A stretch of 64,000 nucleotides of DNA, taken from contig CAWGMQ010000006.1 of assembly GCA_963823665.1 (NCBI GenBank), positions 1,120,001 to 1,184,000 of the forward strand, written 5' to 3'. The stretch's first letter is position 1. Every line of letters starts with the position of its first letter. The notes beneath the pieces are model-generated. The model saw only the letters and a program-made list of their open reading frames with translations, was not told the origin of the DNA and made no database searches. This document shows positions 9,594 to 19,572 of the stretch, in pieces. The stretch is from an uncultured Planctomycetota bacterium (GTDB taxonomy: Bacteria; Planctomycetota; Planctomycetia; Isosphaerales; Isosphaeraceae). The translations under genes and the position numbers were made by a program.

Positions 9594-10199
9594 GCATTTG
9601 GGAACGCCGGTTTCTGGCAGAATCCGTGCTCGGACCTTTCCCGTTTATTCATTGCGATCGTGCTGATCGTTGTCGTCGCTCTGACCCGCAGGAGAAATCC
9701 AGATTTCCTGATCGACAAATAAGCCAATCCACGAAATTCGTCATATAATCTGTTTATCTGAGTCTCGATCGCTGACACCGGAGTCGGCGCGGGGCAACAA
9801 CAACCACCTCGTTCTCTTCGTCCTCATCTTTTTTTCTTCTTCTCTCTCGCCCTCTGGAACCGGGGAGTGATTCATTTGTTCATTCTTGCGCATGCTGAGC
9901 GACCTGCGCGCGTGCTCACCCGCCCCTTGCAGCGGGAACGAAGGGTCGGATTGCGTCTGGAATGGGCGATCGTGGGGCGACGGTATTCCTTGGGGTTTTG
10001 AGCGGAGACGGGCGCGGGACGACCCTGGCCAGCGCTGAGGATGAGTTTTTGCCCGGCGGACCGAGCGATCGTCGAGCGGGATTGGTGACGTTATCCTCTT
10101 TGCTTCTAAGCACTTCCATGCTGGCGAAGGGTGTGTCTGCCAGCCGTCGGACGAAGCCCGAGACCGCAATCGAAATGAGACTGTTTTTGGGCTCTGGAG

Positions 10200-10510
10200 T
10201 CCCATTTAACGGGTCGAGCCGCGTACGGCCCCCTCACGGCCCGTGAACTTGGGTCGAGTAAGGTCTGGCTTGGTTTACCTCATTATGTCGACGTTGCCAT
10301 ATGGCGACGCGCGTCAGTGGCCGTTGGCACGTTGGTGCTCTTAGCCCGACATTTAGCATGGTCCGAGAGGCTTCGACCTTGTCATTGGTGACTTGCCATG
10401 CCGGGTTTTTCCGGCGTGGTATTGATCCCGTTGGGGAGACTATTTCGTTCCCGATACCCCTCTTGGCTCGCGGCGCCTTGTCGTTTCACCACACCTACCC
10501 GCGAAGCGGA
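10200..10510 (+). ncRNA. Candidate IS110 bridge/guide RNA in the 5' non-coding end
   Basis: About 310 nt non-coding with nested stems: GGGTCGAG (10251)/TTCGACCT (10371), ATGTCG/CGACAT, CGTTGCCA-TA-TGGCGACG, CCATGCCGG-N6-CCGGCGTGG. Strand and boundaries are inferred. Confidence 0.5.
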
Positions 10511-10518
10511 GAGATCCC

Positions 10519-11961
10519 ATGCTTGTCCCCCACGAAGAGCCGAAGAAGCCACGCAAGCCCAAGAAGCCGAGCAAACCCAAGGAGCCGACCAACAAGCCGC
10601 GGGTCAGGTCGCTTCCCGTCCCCGTCCCCGCCTCCTCTGCACCGCTCAGTGTCGTGAATCCAGACGCAGCCGGAGTTGATGTTCATTCCGACATGCATAT
10701 GGTCTGCGTTCCCGCTGACCGCGACGTTGACCCAGTCCGCCAGTTCGGTGCCAACACCGCCGATCTTCAGGAGATCGCCGTGTGGTTAAAGAAATGCGGC
10801 GTAAAAACCGTCGCGTTGGAATCCACCGGCATTTACTGGATTCCTCTGTTCGAGCTCCTCGAATCCCAGGGCTTCGAGGTTATGCTGGTCGAACCGGGAC
10901 AGCTTTCGCGTTGTGGCGCACGCCCCAAGACGGACGTACTCGACGCGCAGTGGATCCAGCGGTTGCACTCCTACGGCCTCTTACGTGGGTCGTTCCGACC
11001 TCCGGACTCCGTGTTGGCCCTGCGCGCCTACTCCCGGCAACGGCAGATGCTGGTGCGTTACGCCGCTGCTCATGTCCAACACATGCAGAAGGCCTTGGAG
11101 CAGATGAACGTCAAACTGACGGAAGTCATGAGCGACATCACGGGACTGACGGGCATTTCGATCATCGACGCCATTCTGCGAGGCCAACGCAATCCCAAGA
11201 AGCTGGCCAAACTGCGGCATGGGCGCTGTAATCACAGCGAGGAGCAGATTGCCCTAGCGTTGGAAGGGACATGGCGGCCCGAACATCTCTTCGAGCTGCG
11301 GCAGGCGCGCGAGCTGTACCAGTTCCATCATGGGCAGATCACCGAGTGTGACCAGCAGATTGAAGCCGAACTGGCCAAATTCGAAAACCGGGCGGGAGAG
11401 AAGACACAAACTGGTAAGCCACGCACGCGTGGTCGCAAAAGCAACGATGCCCGATTCGAGGCGACGGGCCCGTTGTTCCAGGCATTGGGTGTAGACCTGA
11501 CAAAAATCGAGGGAATCGGCGTGGGAACGGCCCTGATCATTCTGGCCGAAATCGGTGTGGACGTCAGTCGGTTTCCCACGGAGAAGCACTTCGCAAGTTG
11601 GCTGCGTCTTTGTCCTTCCCAGGATGAGAGCAATAAGACCAAAAGACGTCGCGGTCATCGCCAAGGGAAGAACCGAGTCGCTATCGCCCTACGGATGGCC
11701 GCGCAGTCAGCAGGCAAGACGATGACACCCTTGGGCATGTACTACCGACGGATCAAAAGTCGGATCGGTGGACTTGGAGCCGTCAAGGCGACTGCACACA
11801 AGCTGGCCTGTTTGGTCTACAGGATGCTCAAGTACGGCGAAGAGTATGTGACCCAGTCGATGGAGGAGTACGAGGCCAAGATCAAAGCCAATCTGGTGAG
11901 AGCACTCCAGCGGAAGGCGGCGGCGATGGGCTTCCAGCTCAGTCCGATAGCAACGCTATAG
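10519..11961 (+). CDS. IS110-family transposase/recombinase (DEDD RuvC-like plus Transposase_20)
   Basis: GVDVH, VALESTGIYW, KTDVLDAQW, 'IEGIG...ILAEIG.DVSRFPTEKHFASWLRLCP'; uninterrupted 480 aa. Confidence 0.96.
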   Translation: MLVPHEEPKKPRKPKKPSKPKEPTNKPRVRSLPVPVPASSAPLSVVNPDAAGVDVHSDMHMVCVPADRDVDPVRQFGANTADLQEIAVWLKKCGVKTVALESTGIYWIPLFELLESQGFEVMLVEPGQLSRCGARPKTDVLDAQWIQRLHSYGLLRGSFRPPDSVLALRAYSRQRQMLVRYAAAHVQHMQKALEQMNVKLTEVMSDITGLTGISIIDAILRGQRNPKKLAKLRHGRCNHSEEQIALALEGTWRPEHLFELRQARELYQFHHGQITECDQQIEAELAKFENRAGEKTQTGKPRTRGRKSNDARFEATGPLFQALGVDLTKIEGIGVGTALIILAEIGVDVSRFPTEKHFASWLRLCPSQDESNKTKRRRGHRQGKNRVAIALRMAAQSAGKTMTPLGMYYRRIKSRIGGLGAVKATAHKLACLVYRMLKYGEEYVTQSMEEYEAKIKANLVRALQRKAAAMGFQLSPIATL

Positions 11962-12456
11962 AGGAATCGATCGAGGCCGTCGCCATCGCGCTACAGGCCT
12001 GTCACAATGCTCAACGCCGCGAAGCCCACTTCTCGCATATTCGTTGTTATGGGGGTCTGGGGGAAATATCTGCGCGTCGTTCGCTACAAAATGCAGGAAC
12101 AAACCCCAAATAATCGAGTCATGTTGTTGATTGCTTGGGGAGTTCATGGGGAGTTCCATTCACATCTGCTTATTTGAATGGTGCGATGCGTGTGCCGTGG
12201 GCGTAAGCGCCTAGTGCACGAGGGCGACCCCGCACCCAGCCTTCGGCCGGTAATGCCAGGCACGCGATCAGCGGGGGTGTGGAGGGCTCTTGGCGGAGCT
12301 TGATGAAGGTGCGTGCTTGCTTTGCCCCGCGCAGTTGGGGTCGCGACCGGGATATTTACCACGAGGGCGGAATCGCAATTGGGGGAAACGAAGATTTTTC
12401 GAAAAACTGATCAGCTACTATCATCCTTTATGCGTGCGAGCGAACGAGAAGACGCA

Positions 12457-12473
12457 CTTTCGCGGAGCGAAAG
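12457..12473. repeat. Intergenic palindrome (REP-like)
   Basis: CTTTCGC-GGA-GCGAAAG, perfect 7-bp stem. Confidence 0.6.
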
Positions 12474-12716
12474 GCGACACTGAACGGGTGATACTGGGCC
12501 AACGGCGGGTGCTCGCGGGCGAGATTTCCGCTTCGAGTTAATGCGAAGGCGAGATTCATCGGAAGCGAAAAACGCACGAACGAACCTAGCGGGCTCAGGT
12601 GGCTGGGAATGCATAAGTTGAGGCTCGAATTGTGATTGAATCAGAAAGCGAGAACGCAATGGGGCTTGACAACGTGGCCGGAATTCGCGAACGAACCCGA
12701 GGGGGGGACGAGGGAG

Positions 12717-12738
12717 TTTGGATTTTGGATTTTGGATT
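12717..12738. repeat. Heptamer tandem repeat (TTTGGAT)x3
   Basis: TTTGGATTTTGGATTTTGGATT read directly. Confidence 0.85.
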
Positions 12739-12900
12739 GAAGGAGCCAAAGCCCGGGACAAGGGCGCTGGACGGAGAGAGGATCGCAGTGACCGGCTCCG
12801 CCGCATGCTATTCCCGTAATCCTTGTGGCGTAAGGGCGCGCGACGAATATACAAAACGAACTGGCTGTTGGGGGGTGGGGGGTCGAATGTGGAGGGTGGG

Positions 12901-12960
12901 ATTAGGATTAGGATTAGGATTAGGATTAGGATTAGGATTAAGATTATGAGCAGGAGTAGG
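12901..12960. repeat. Hexamer tandem repeat (ATTAGG)x6 plus four degenerate units
   Basis: Six perfect ATTAGG at 12901-12936, then ATTAAG, ATTATG, AGCAGG, AGTAGG. Confidence 0.95.
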
Positions 12961-13037
12961 AGTGGTGCAGTGAAACGACTTTCAACACGCGGGACGAGCG
13001 GGCCGTGGCTTACGCGTTTGCAGTTTGAGCACGCGTT

Positions 13038-13056
13038 GGGTTGCACCCACCCTACG
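13038..13056. repeat. REP-like element with GTAG end on the minus strand
   Basis: Reverse complement reads CGTAGGGTGGGTGCAACCC, the GTAG-plus-short-hairpin layout of REP sequences. Confidence 0.5.
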
Positions 13057-13742
13057 ATCACGTCGTCGGCACCGTTCTGGGTCGATCGTGCGCACCAAAA
13101 CGGCGCTGGCGGTCGGCCTGATTCACGAGCTCGGGTTCAAGCGTCCCCGGACCCAGGGCGAGACGCCGGGATCTTTCCGGGGGGGGCGGGTCCAGCCGGC
13201 CGCGTGTTCACAATTAACAAAGAAATCGCTCATTCCCGTAAGGTCCTACGTTGCAGCCGTATCAATTGAGTGATTGCACTTTTTTTGGAGGCTTTCATTG
13301 CCGAAAGACGAAACCGGTCGCATATAAGTACATGGGGAGAGTCAGCGGATGCGCGATGCTGGCGCGATGGGCTGGCTGGCTCCCTTTGGTTTCCCACCTC
13401 ATCGTCATCGTCCTCCTCGATCTCCATTCCTCCTGAGAACAGCGCCAAAATTCGCCCCTCAGAGTGCAACCCAATGCGAAATGCTGATCTATTGGCCGCG
13501 GCCGGGCTTGCCTTGGCACTTGCGGGGGACGACCGGGATTCGGGCGTGGGCCAGGTCGCGGGCCGCGCGGCGGGGAGTCTGAGCCAACGGCAGGTGCGCG
13601 CGGGCGAGTTTCGGCTTCGAGCAGCGAAGTGGAGGTGATTTGCTTGACGTACGTCGAATGCGGAGTCGTCAGGCTGAAGCCTGACCTACGGGACGTGGGG
13701 CGTTCCCTTAATGCTTACAGAGCAAGGAGCGTCGTCGAACTG

Positions 13743-15473
13743 TCAGTACAGTGCAATGGCGCGCCCGTGCCCACCGTGGCCACCCTGGATTTTCACAGCC
13801 GCGAACAGAAAATACGCATCACGCGGCATCTGGCCGACGTTGGTCAGGCACTCGACCCCGACCATCCCCTTGGCACCCAGGGCCCAGTACGTCCAGAGCG
13901 CACGCTTCGGCTCGACCCCGCCCAAGGTTGGTGCGTCCGTGGCCACGCAGCGCACACCTTTGCCGGCCAGATACACGATCGCATCCGGCCCCGGCGCCGG
14001 CCAGCCTTCGCTCGCGCCGTTGAGCGGGTCTTCCATGAATGCCTTGCCCAGCGGAAGCGGACGCAGGAAGCGGTCGGACCAGCCGGTGTGGAAAACCACG
14101 ACGTCGCCCGGCCGCAGCTCGCCGTGCGCTTTTTCATCGCCTTCAATCATCGCGACGGTGATCTCCGGCGAGACGGGCCACGTCTTCGGGTCGCTCGTGC
14201 ACGCGAGATGCCGCACGTCGATCACCCGCGCCGGTCCGCAGGATTGGGCGATCGGCACCTTGTCGGTCGTGACGCTGCTCGTGCCGCGCGGGCCGTACTT
14301 CTGTTGATAAGCAGCCAGCCATTCCTGGACCTCACTCGAATAAGTGCGGTCGTCGAAGCCTTCGTCCGGCAGCGCGTACGATGGAGGGACCAGGTGAGTG
14401 CCCGAATGGCTATCCAGCATGTGCATGTCAAACGGCAGTCGGGTGTTGGGATTGTAGCCGAACTTGATCGTGACAAAGGGCTGGCGATGATGGCCGATAC
14501 CGGCGCCGGGCCAGGAAAGCGGCAGGTCGTCCGCGAGCGTGACCGAAAGGTCGACGACTCGTTGCGTCCTGGCGGAGTCGATCAGACGCCTGGCGAGCGG
14601 GTCACCGATCACGGCGAACGCTCGCCCCTCACCGTAGGCGCCGCCGCCGTACCTGGGCGAGAGGATGCAGTAGAACGCGCCGGTGGCGGGGAGCGTGCCG
14701 AGCCCGGTGGCGCTCTCTGTCCAGATCATCCCGTGCTTGAGGCCGGCGAAGTGTGTTGGCTCCGCCAGGTCGACGAGGGGGCCCATGCTTGCGCTGTCGG
14801 TGCCCAACGCCATGACCTTGCGCCCGGCCAGGTACTCCACACACTCAGGATCGGGGTCGGGCCACGCCGGCGACTGCTTTGCCAACGGGTCGGCCGCATA
14901 TCGGCGGCCTTGCGGAAGCGGCTGGTAATAAGTGTCGCTATAGCCGCTCATGAACAGAACGATGTCGCCTGTCCCGAGCGGCCGATGTTCTTTCTCCCAT
15001 GTGATCACCCGTTCCTTTTTGATCAGACTGCTCTGGCCCGCGGGTGCATTGTCTCTCAGGTCGCGACAATCGATCACACAGGCTTCGCCGGCGAACTGCC
15101 AGGGGGGAATCTTGTCGGTGTAAGCGCGGCCGAACTCGCCTGCGTTCGAAAAACCCGACTCACGCGGGGTGACCGAGTGCGGCGGCGCGTCGAGCTGCGT
15201 GCCGGTGTTGCCGTCGATGATCAAGATCTCGCTTCGATAGGGACTGAGGCGGCCGATTCGCTCGTAGGGGTTAATCTGAAACGGCGGAAAAGTCGGCCAG
15301 ATGCAGGGATACTCGGAAGAGACCAGGAGTGAGAGATCGACGAATTGCCGCGAGGAATCGCGCGCCTCCTGGCCAAGGCAGCGCCCCGTCGACGTGACCG
15401 CCTGGATACACAGGTACGCGGCGAACGCGATGCGACGAGCACGTCGCATTCCGGCGGAGAGAGGGGGCGCCAT
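13743..15473 (-). CDS. Cyclase-family (kynurenine formamidase-like) protein with two tandem domains and a probable signal peptide
   Basis: Two cyclase-like domains: 'FVDLS...GNTGTQLDAPPH...GDIVLFMSG...GTDSAS' and 'VVDLS...HSGTHLVPP...GDVVVFHTG...ATDAPT...GGHGRAIA'. Confidence 0.88.
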   Translation of the reverse strand: MAPPLSAGMRRARRIAFAAYLCIQAVTSTGRCLGQEARDSSRQFVDLSLLVSSEYPCIWPTFPPFQINPYERIGRLSPYRSEILIIDGNTGTQLDAPPHSVTPRESGFSNAGEFGRAYTDKIPPWQFAGEACVIDCRDLRDNAPAGQSSLIKKERVITWEKEHRPLGTGDIVLFMSGYSDTYYQPLPQGRRYAADPLAKQSPAWPDPDPECVEYLAGRKVMALGTDSASMGPLVDLAEPTHFAGLKHGMIWTESATGLGTLPATGAFYCILSPRYGGGAYGEGRAFAVIGDPLARRLIDSARTQRVVDLSVTLADDLPLSWPGAGIGHHRQPFVTIKFGYNPNTRLPFDMHMLDSHSGTHLVPPSYALPDEGFDDRTYSSEVQEWLAAYQQKYGPRGTSSVTTDKVPIAQSCGPARVIDVRHLACTSDPKTWPVSPEITVAMIEGDEKAHGELRPGDVVVFHTGWSDRFLRPLPLGKAFMEDPLNGASEGWPAPGPDAIVYLAGKGVRCVATDAPTLGGVEPKRALWTYWALGAKGMVGVECLTNVGQMPRDAYFLFAAVKIQGGHGGHGRAIALY

Positions 15474-15673
15474 GGTTTGGGTCCTTTCGATCGGATTGGG
15501 GCGTCACATTGCTGCCTATTCAGGCGTATTCCCATGAAAACCACGTCAATGCAAGCACGCAAATCTTGTGACGTTGAGTTCGATGGGTTAGAATACGACA
15601 GCCGGCGCGATTTCGCGAGCGGGGCCTTTCCTTTCCAAGATGGACTCGTGTTGCACGAGGTTAGAGAAAGCTG

Positions 15674-16209
15674 ATGAAGGCTGAGCTGGTGCCCGAGAAT
15701 GGTGATCCGCCGATTCCGATCGTGCGCGACGTGACGGTGATTGGCCGGCATGAGAACTGTGACGTGGTGATCCAGGGGCCGGGAATCTCGAAGCGGCACT
15801 GCGTGATGGTGAAGACCGACGGGTTGCTGGTGATCCGCGACCTTGCAACGACGAATGGAACGAAGGTGAAGGGGCAGCGAGTACGATGGGCAGCGCTTTT
15901 GCCCGAGGACCGAGTGAGCCTCGGGCGGTTACAAGATCCGCATTTATCTGGGCTCGGACGAGATGCCGTCGCCATCGGAGGTTCGTCGCGATCGGGCGCT
16001 GGCGAGCGCTCCGCCCACGGCGTTGCGGGCGGCGCCCGTGAGAGCATCAGGTAATGCCCCGACTGCCCGCCCGGCCCGGGAGGACGGCAACGTGCCGGCG
16101 TGGGGCGGCCGGGAGAGCACGCTGGCGGCGAGTGCCGCAGCCCGAGTTCGGGGAAGGCGGCTTCGAGATCGTCGATGACGATGACGACGACATCATCGAT
16201 CTCGAATAA
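15674..16209 (+). CDS. FHA domain protein with acidic tail (frameshifted in this sequence)
   Basis: 'VIGR...ISKRHC...DLATTNGTKV'. Frame break near 15925; continues 'YKIRIYLGSDEMPSPSE' and, after a further shift, ends 'FEIVDDDDDDIIDLE*' at 16209. Confidence 0.82.
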
Positions 16210-16228
16210 CCGCTTCGGTAGGCTAACC

Positions 16229-16255
16229 ACGTTCCCACGCTTTGCGTGGGAACGT
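16229..16255. terminator. Perfect hairpin between convergent genes (REP-like or bidirectional terminator)
   Basis: ACGTTCCCACGC-TTT-GCGTGGGAACGT, 12-bp stem; no U-tract. Confidence 0.6.
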
Positions 16256-16335
16256 TCCTCGTGCCGCGCTGCGGCGTGCCGGCGGCCGAACCGGGAACTA
16301 TTCCCGGCCTGTTCCTCAGGGCCGCCGCGGATTGC

Positions 16336-16605
16336 TCAATCCCCTTCGGGCCGGCGCCGCGGATCACGCCTGCCTGGCGGTGGCGGACTGTGACGGTCGA
16401 TCTGGCGGGCGTCATGAGGCTCGAGCCGGCTCGCCTGGCGATTCTCGCGCTGGATGGCCTCGTACACCTCTTGGCGGTGTACCGAGATTTCGATCGGGGC
16501 TGCGATCCCCAGTCGGACTTTATCGCCGCGAATATCCACGACGGTGATAACAATATCATCGCCAATGATGATACTCTCGTCGCGGTGTCGGGACAGGACC
16601 AGCAT
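16336..16605 (-). CDS. csrA: Carbon storage regulator CsrA
   Basis: 'MLVLSRHRDESIIIGDDIVITVVDIRGDKVRLGIAAP..ISVHRQEVY..I.REN'. Confidence 0.97.
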   Translation of the reverse strand: MLVLSRHRDESIIIGDDIVITVVDIRGDKVRLGIAAPIEISVHRQEVYEAIQRENRQASRLEPHDARQIDRHSPPPPGRRDPRRRPEGD

Positions 16606-16741
16606 CGTTTACGGCTCCTTCCTCCTGCCAGCGAGACCCGCGGCCGCCCCTGATCTGGAGTGCAAGAGCACAGTTCGACCGTGACGGAGCTGGGGGTGGT
16701 ATGTTGCCACTTAGACTCATGCTGCTGTTAGCAAGAGCGGG

Positions 16742-17221
16742 TTACGCCGTCGCTCGCAGCGGTGATGGCCCAGGCAGCAAGGTTGGTGCCGGGGCGTAAG
16801 CATACGTCTCTACAGGATACCGCACGGGATAGCGGCTGGAGGTCAAAACCAGTTGCCGGCCCAGGCGGCGGATCGGATTGAAGACAAGCGGTCCTTGCAG
16901 ATTGACCGTCAGCCCACCCCCTTCTGCCCGGTTCAGAATCACGTAAACGAGCGCGGATCGCTCATCGTCCAGCTCGAGTGCGGCACGGTCACCCTGGCGA
17001 AGCTCGATCCGGTAGTCGCCGACGGCCAGAGGCGGCGGCACCAGCCCGAATGCGAGCTCCGGAGCCGTGATGCTCTGAAGCCATGACAGACCGTTTGCGA
17101 CCGGGTCGGGCAGATGAACGAACTGATTGAATGAGCGGAAGCCCAGCAACCCTTCCGGAATCAGAATCACGTCCGTTTCGCTAGCCTCAATCAGGCCGAA
17201 GCGGGTCGAGAGGATGTTCAC
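16742..17221 (-). CDS. fliW: FliW, CsrA antagonist
   Basis: 'STRFG...PEGLLGF...WLQS...PELAF...TVNLQGPLVFN...GRQLVL'; AAGGAGG RBS; upstream of csrA. Confidence 0.9.
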   Translation of the reverse strand: MNILSTRFGLIEASETDVILIPEGLLGFRSFNQFVHLPDPVANGLSWLQSITAPELAFGLVPPPLAVGDYRIELRQGDRAALELDDERSALVYVILNRAEGGGLTVNLQGPLVFNPIRRLGRQLVLTSSRYPVRYPVETYAYAPAPTLLPGPSPLRATA

Positions 17222-17552
17222 TCGTTACCTCCTTGATCGTCGCACCGGGCGAAAGCCTTGCGATGCCATGCATCTCCCGGCGCGATTGGGACGTCCTGAT
17301 GGTGAGCGATCTGCCTTTTGCTTGCGAGCACTTTCGCTGGTTCGAGGAACCAGCTTGACCGCCCTTTATATCGTCGCTCGTCTCGAGCGAGATCGAGTCG
17401 CACTCGACGGAAATCCAAGCGCGAGTACGCCTCGCGATGGCTGCGCCAGTCGCTCCGTTCGTAACGGAGGCGCAACGTAACTCCTCGGCCGTTCGCTGCG
17501 CAATTGCCCTGTTGCGCCGGTTGTGGGCCGTCTCGCGGCTCGCCGCGGCTCG

Positions 17553-17843
17553 TCAGGAACGGTAGTTCTCTTCCAACCCCCACAATCGTTGCAGGAAACG
17601 GTCTCGTTTTCCGGGCTCGTAGCGGTAAATCGCCATCTCCTCGATCGTTTCACCCGGAGCGGGAGTGTAGTGCTGCTGCCGCTCGAGCGAATTCCTGAAA
17701 ACGTCGCCCAGATGCTCCGAGCACGCAAAGCCGTAGGTCTTGAGCTCGGCCAGGCGCCCATCCGTCCACCGGGCGGCGATCTTGTACGCGGCTCCCTCGG
17801 TGCATGTCGGATGCGAGCAAGTGACATGAATGGTCTTGGCCAT
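17553..17843 (-). CDS. Hypothetical protein with Cys/His motifs
   Basis: 'CSHPTC...AAYKIAARWTDG...ELKTYGFACSEHL'; coding-like composition, divergent from thiC. Confidence 0.7.
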   Translation of the reverse strand: MAKTIHVTCSHPTCTEGAAYKIAARWTDGRLAELKTYGFACSEHLGDVFRNSLERQQHYTPAPGETIEEMAIYRYEPGKRDRFLQRLWGLEENYRS

Positions 17844-18032
17844 GGCCCGGCTGCCTTCACCAGAGGTCACGGGAAATCAAAAACAAACCGCTCTTCGACG
17901 TCACTACCTTAACGATTCCTTCCAGAATTGTTATACCCAAAGAGTCGGAACGACCACGAACATGACGATAAACGCGCCTCCGGCTGCGCTCCGGAGACCG
18001 TGCTACGAGTGATTCGAGAGGATACGCTCATC

Positions 18033-19371
<1,339 letters not shown>

Positions 19372-19572
19372 GCTAGTCCGCTTGAGATACGATTGTACGG
19401 TCGGCCGTGGCAAGCCGGGCAAAAAAGTAGCCGCTAGAATCTTACGGCGCGGACTTCCGGGCAGTAGGATGGTCGGTTCGATGCTCGCCTTGCCGAGAGT
19501 CGACTGCATCTCTTCAATGCGTCCGAACACGACGACGTCCCAATTTCTCCATGTGCTTCAGGGAGCTTCGCG

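Larger units (their letters stand above)
10196..12160 (+). mobile_element. IS110-family insertion sequence (ends inferred)
   Basis: Intact transposase flanked by near-identical direct copies GGAGTCCCATT (10196-10206) and GGAGTTCCATT (12150-12160); long non-coding ends. Confidence 0.7.

Noticed and set aside
12411..13269. ORFs with ILILIL, GLGLGL or IRIRIR runs
   Set aside because: They are translations of the (ATTAGG)n array in non-coding DNA.
13331..13339. CATGGGGAG identical to the IS110 right end
   Set aside because: A single 9-mer without the flanking core similarity; chance cannot be excluded.
13629..15332. 567-aa plus-strand ORF
   Set aside because: Antisense shadow of the cyclase gene; typical of high-GC DNA and without motifs.
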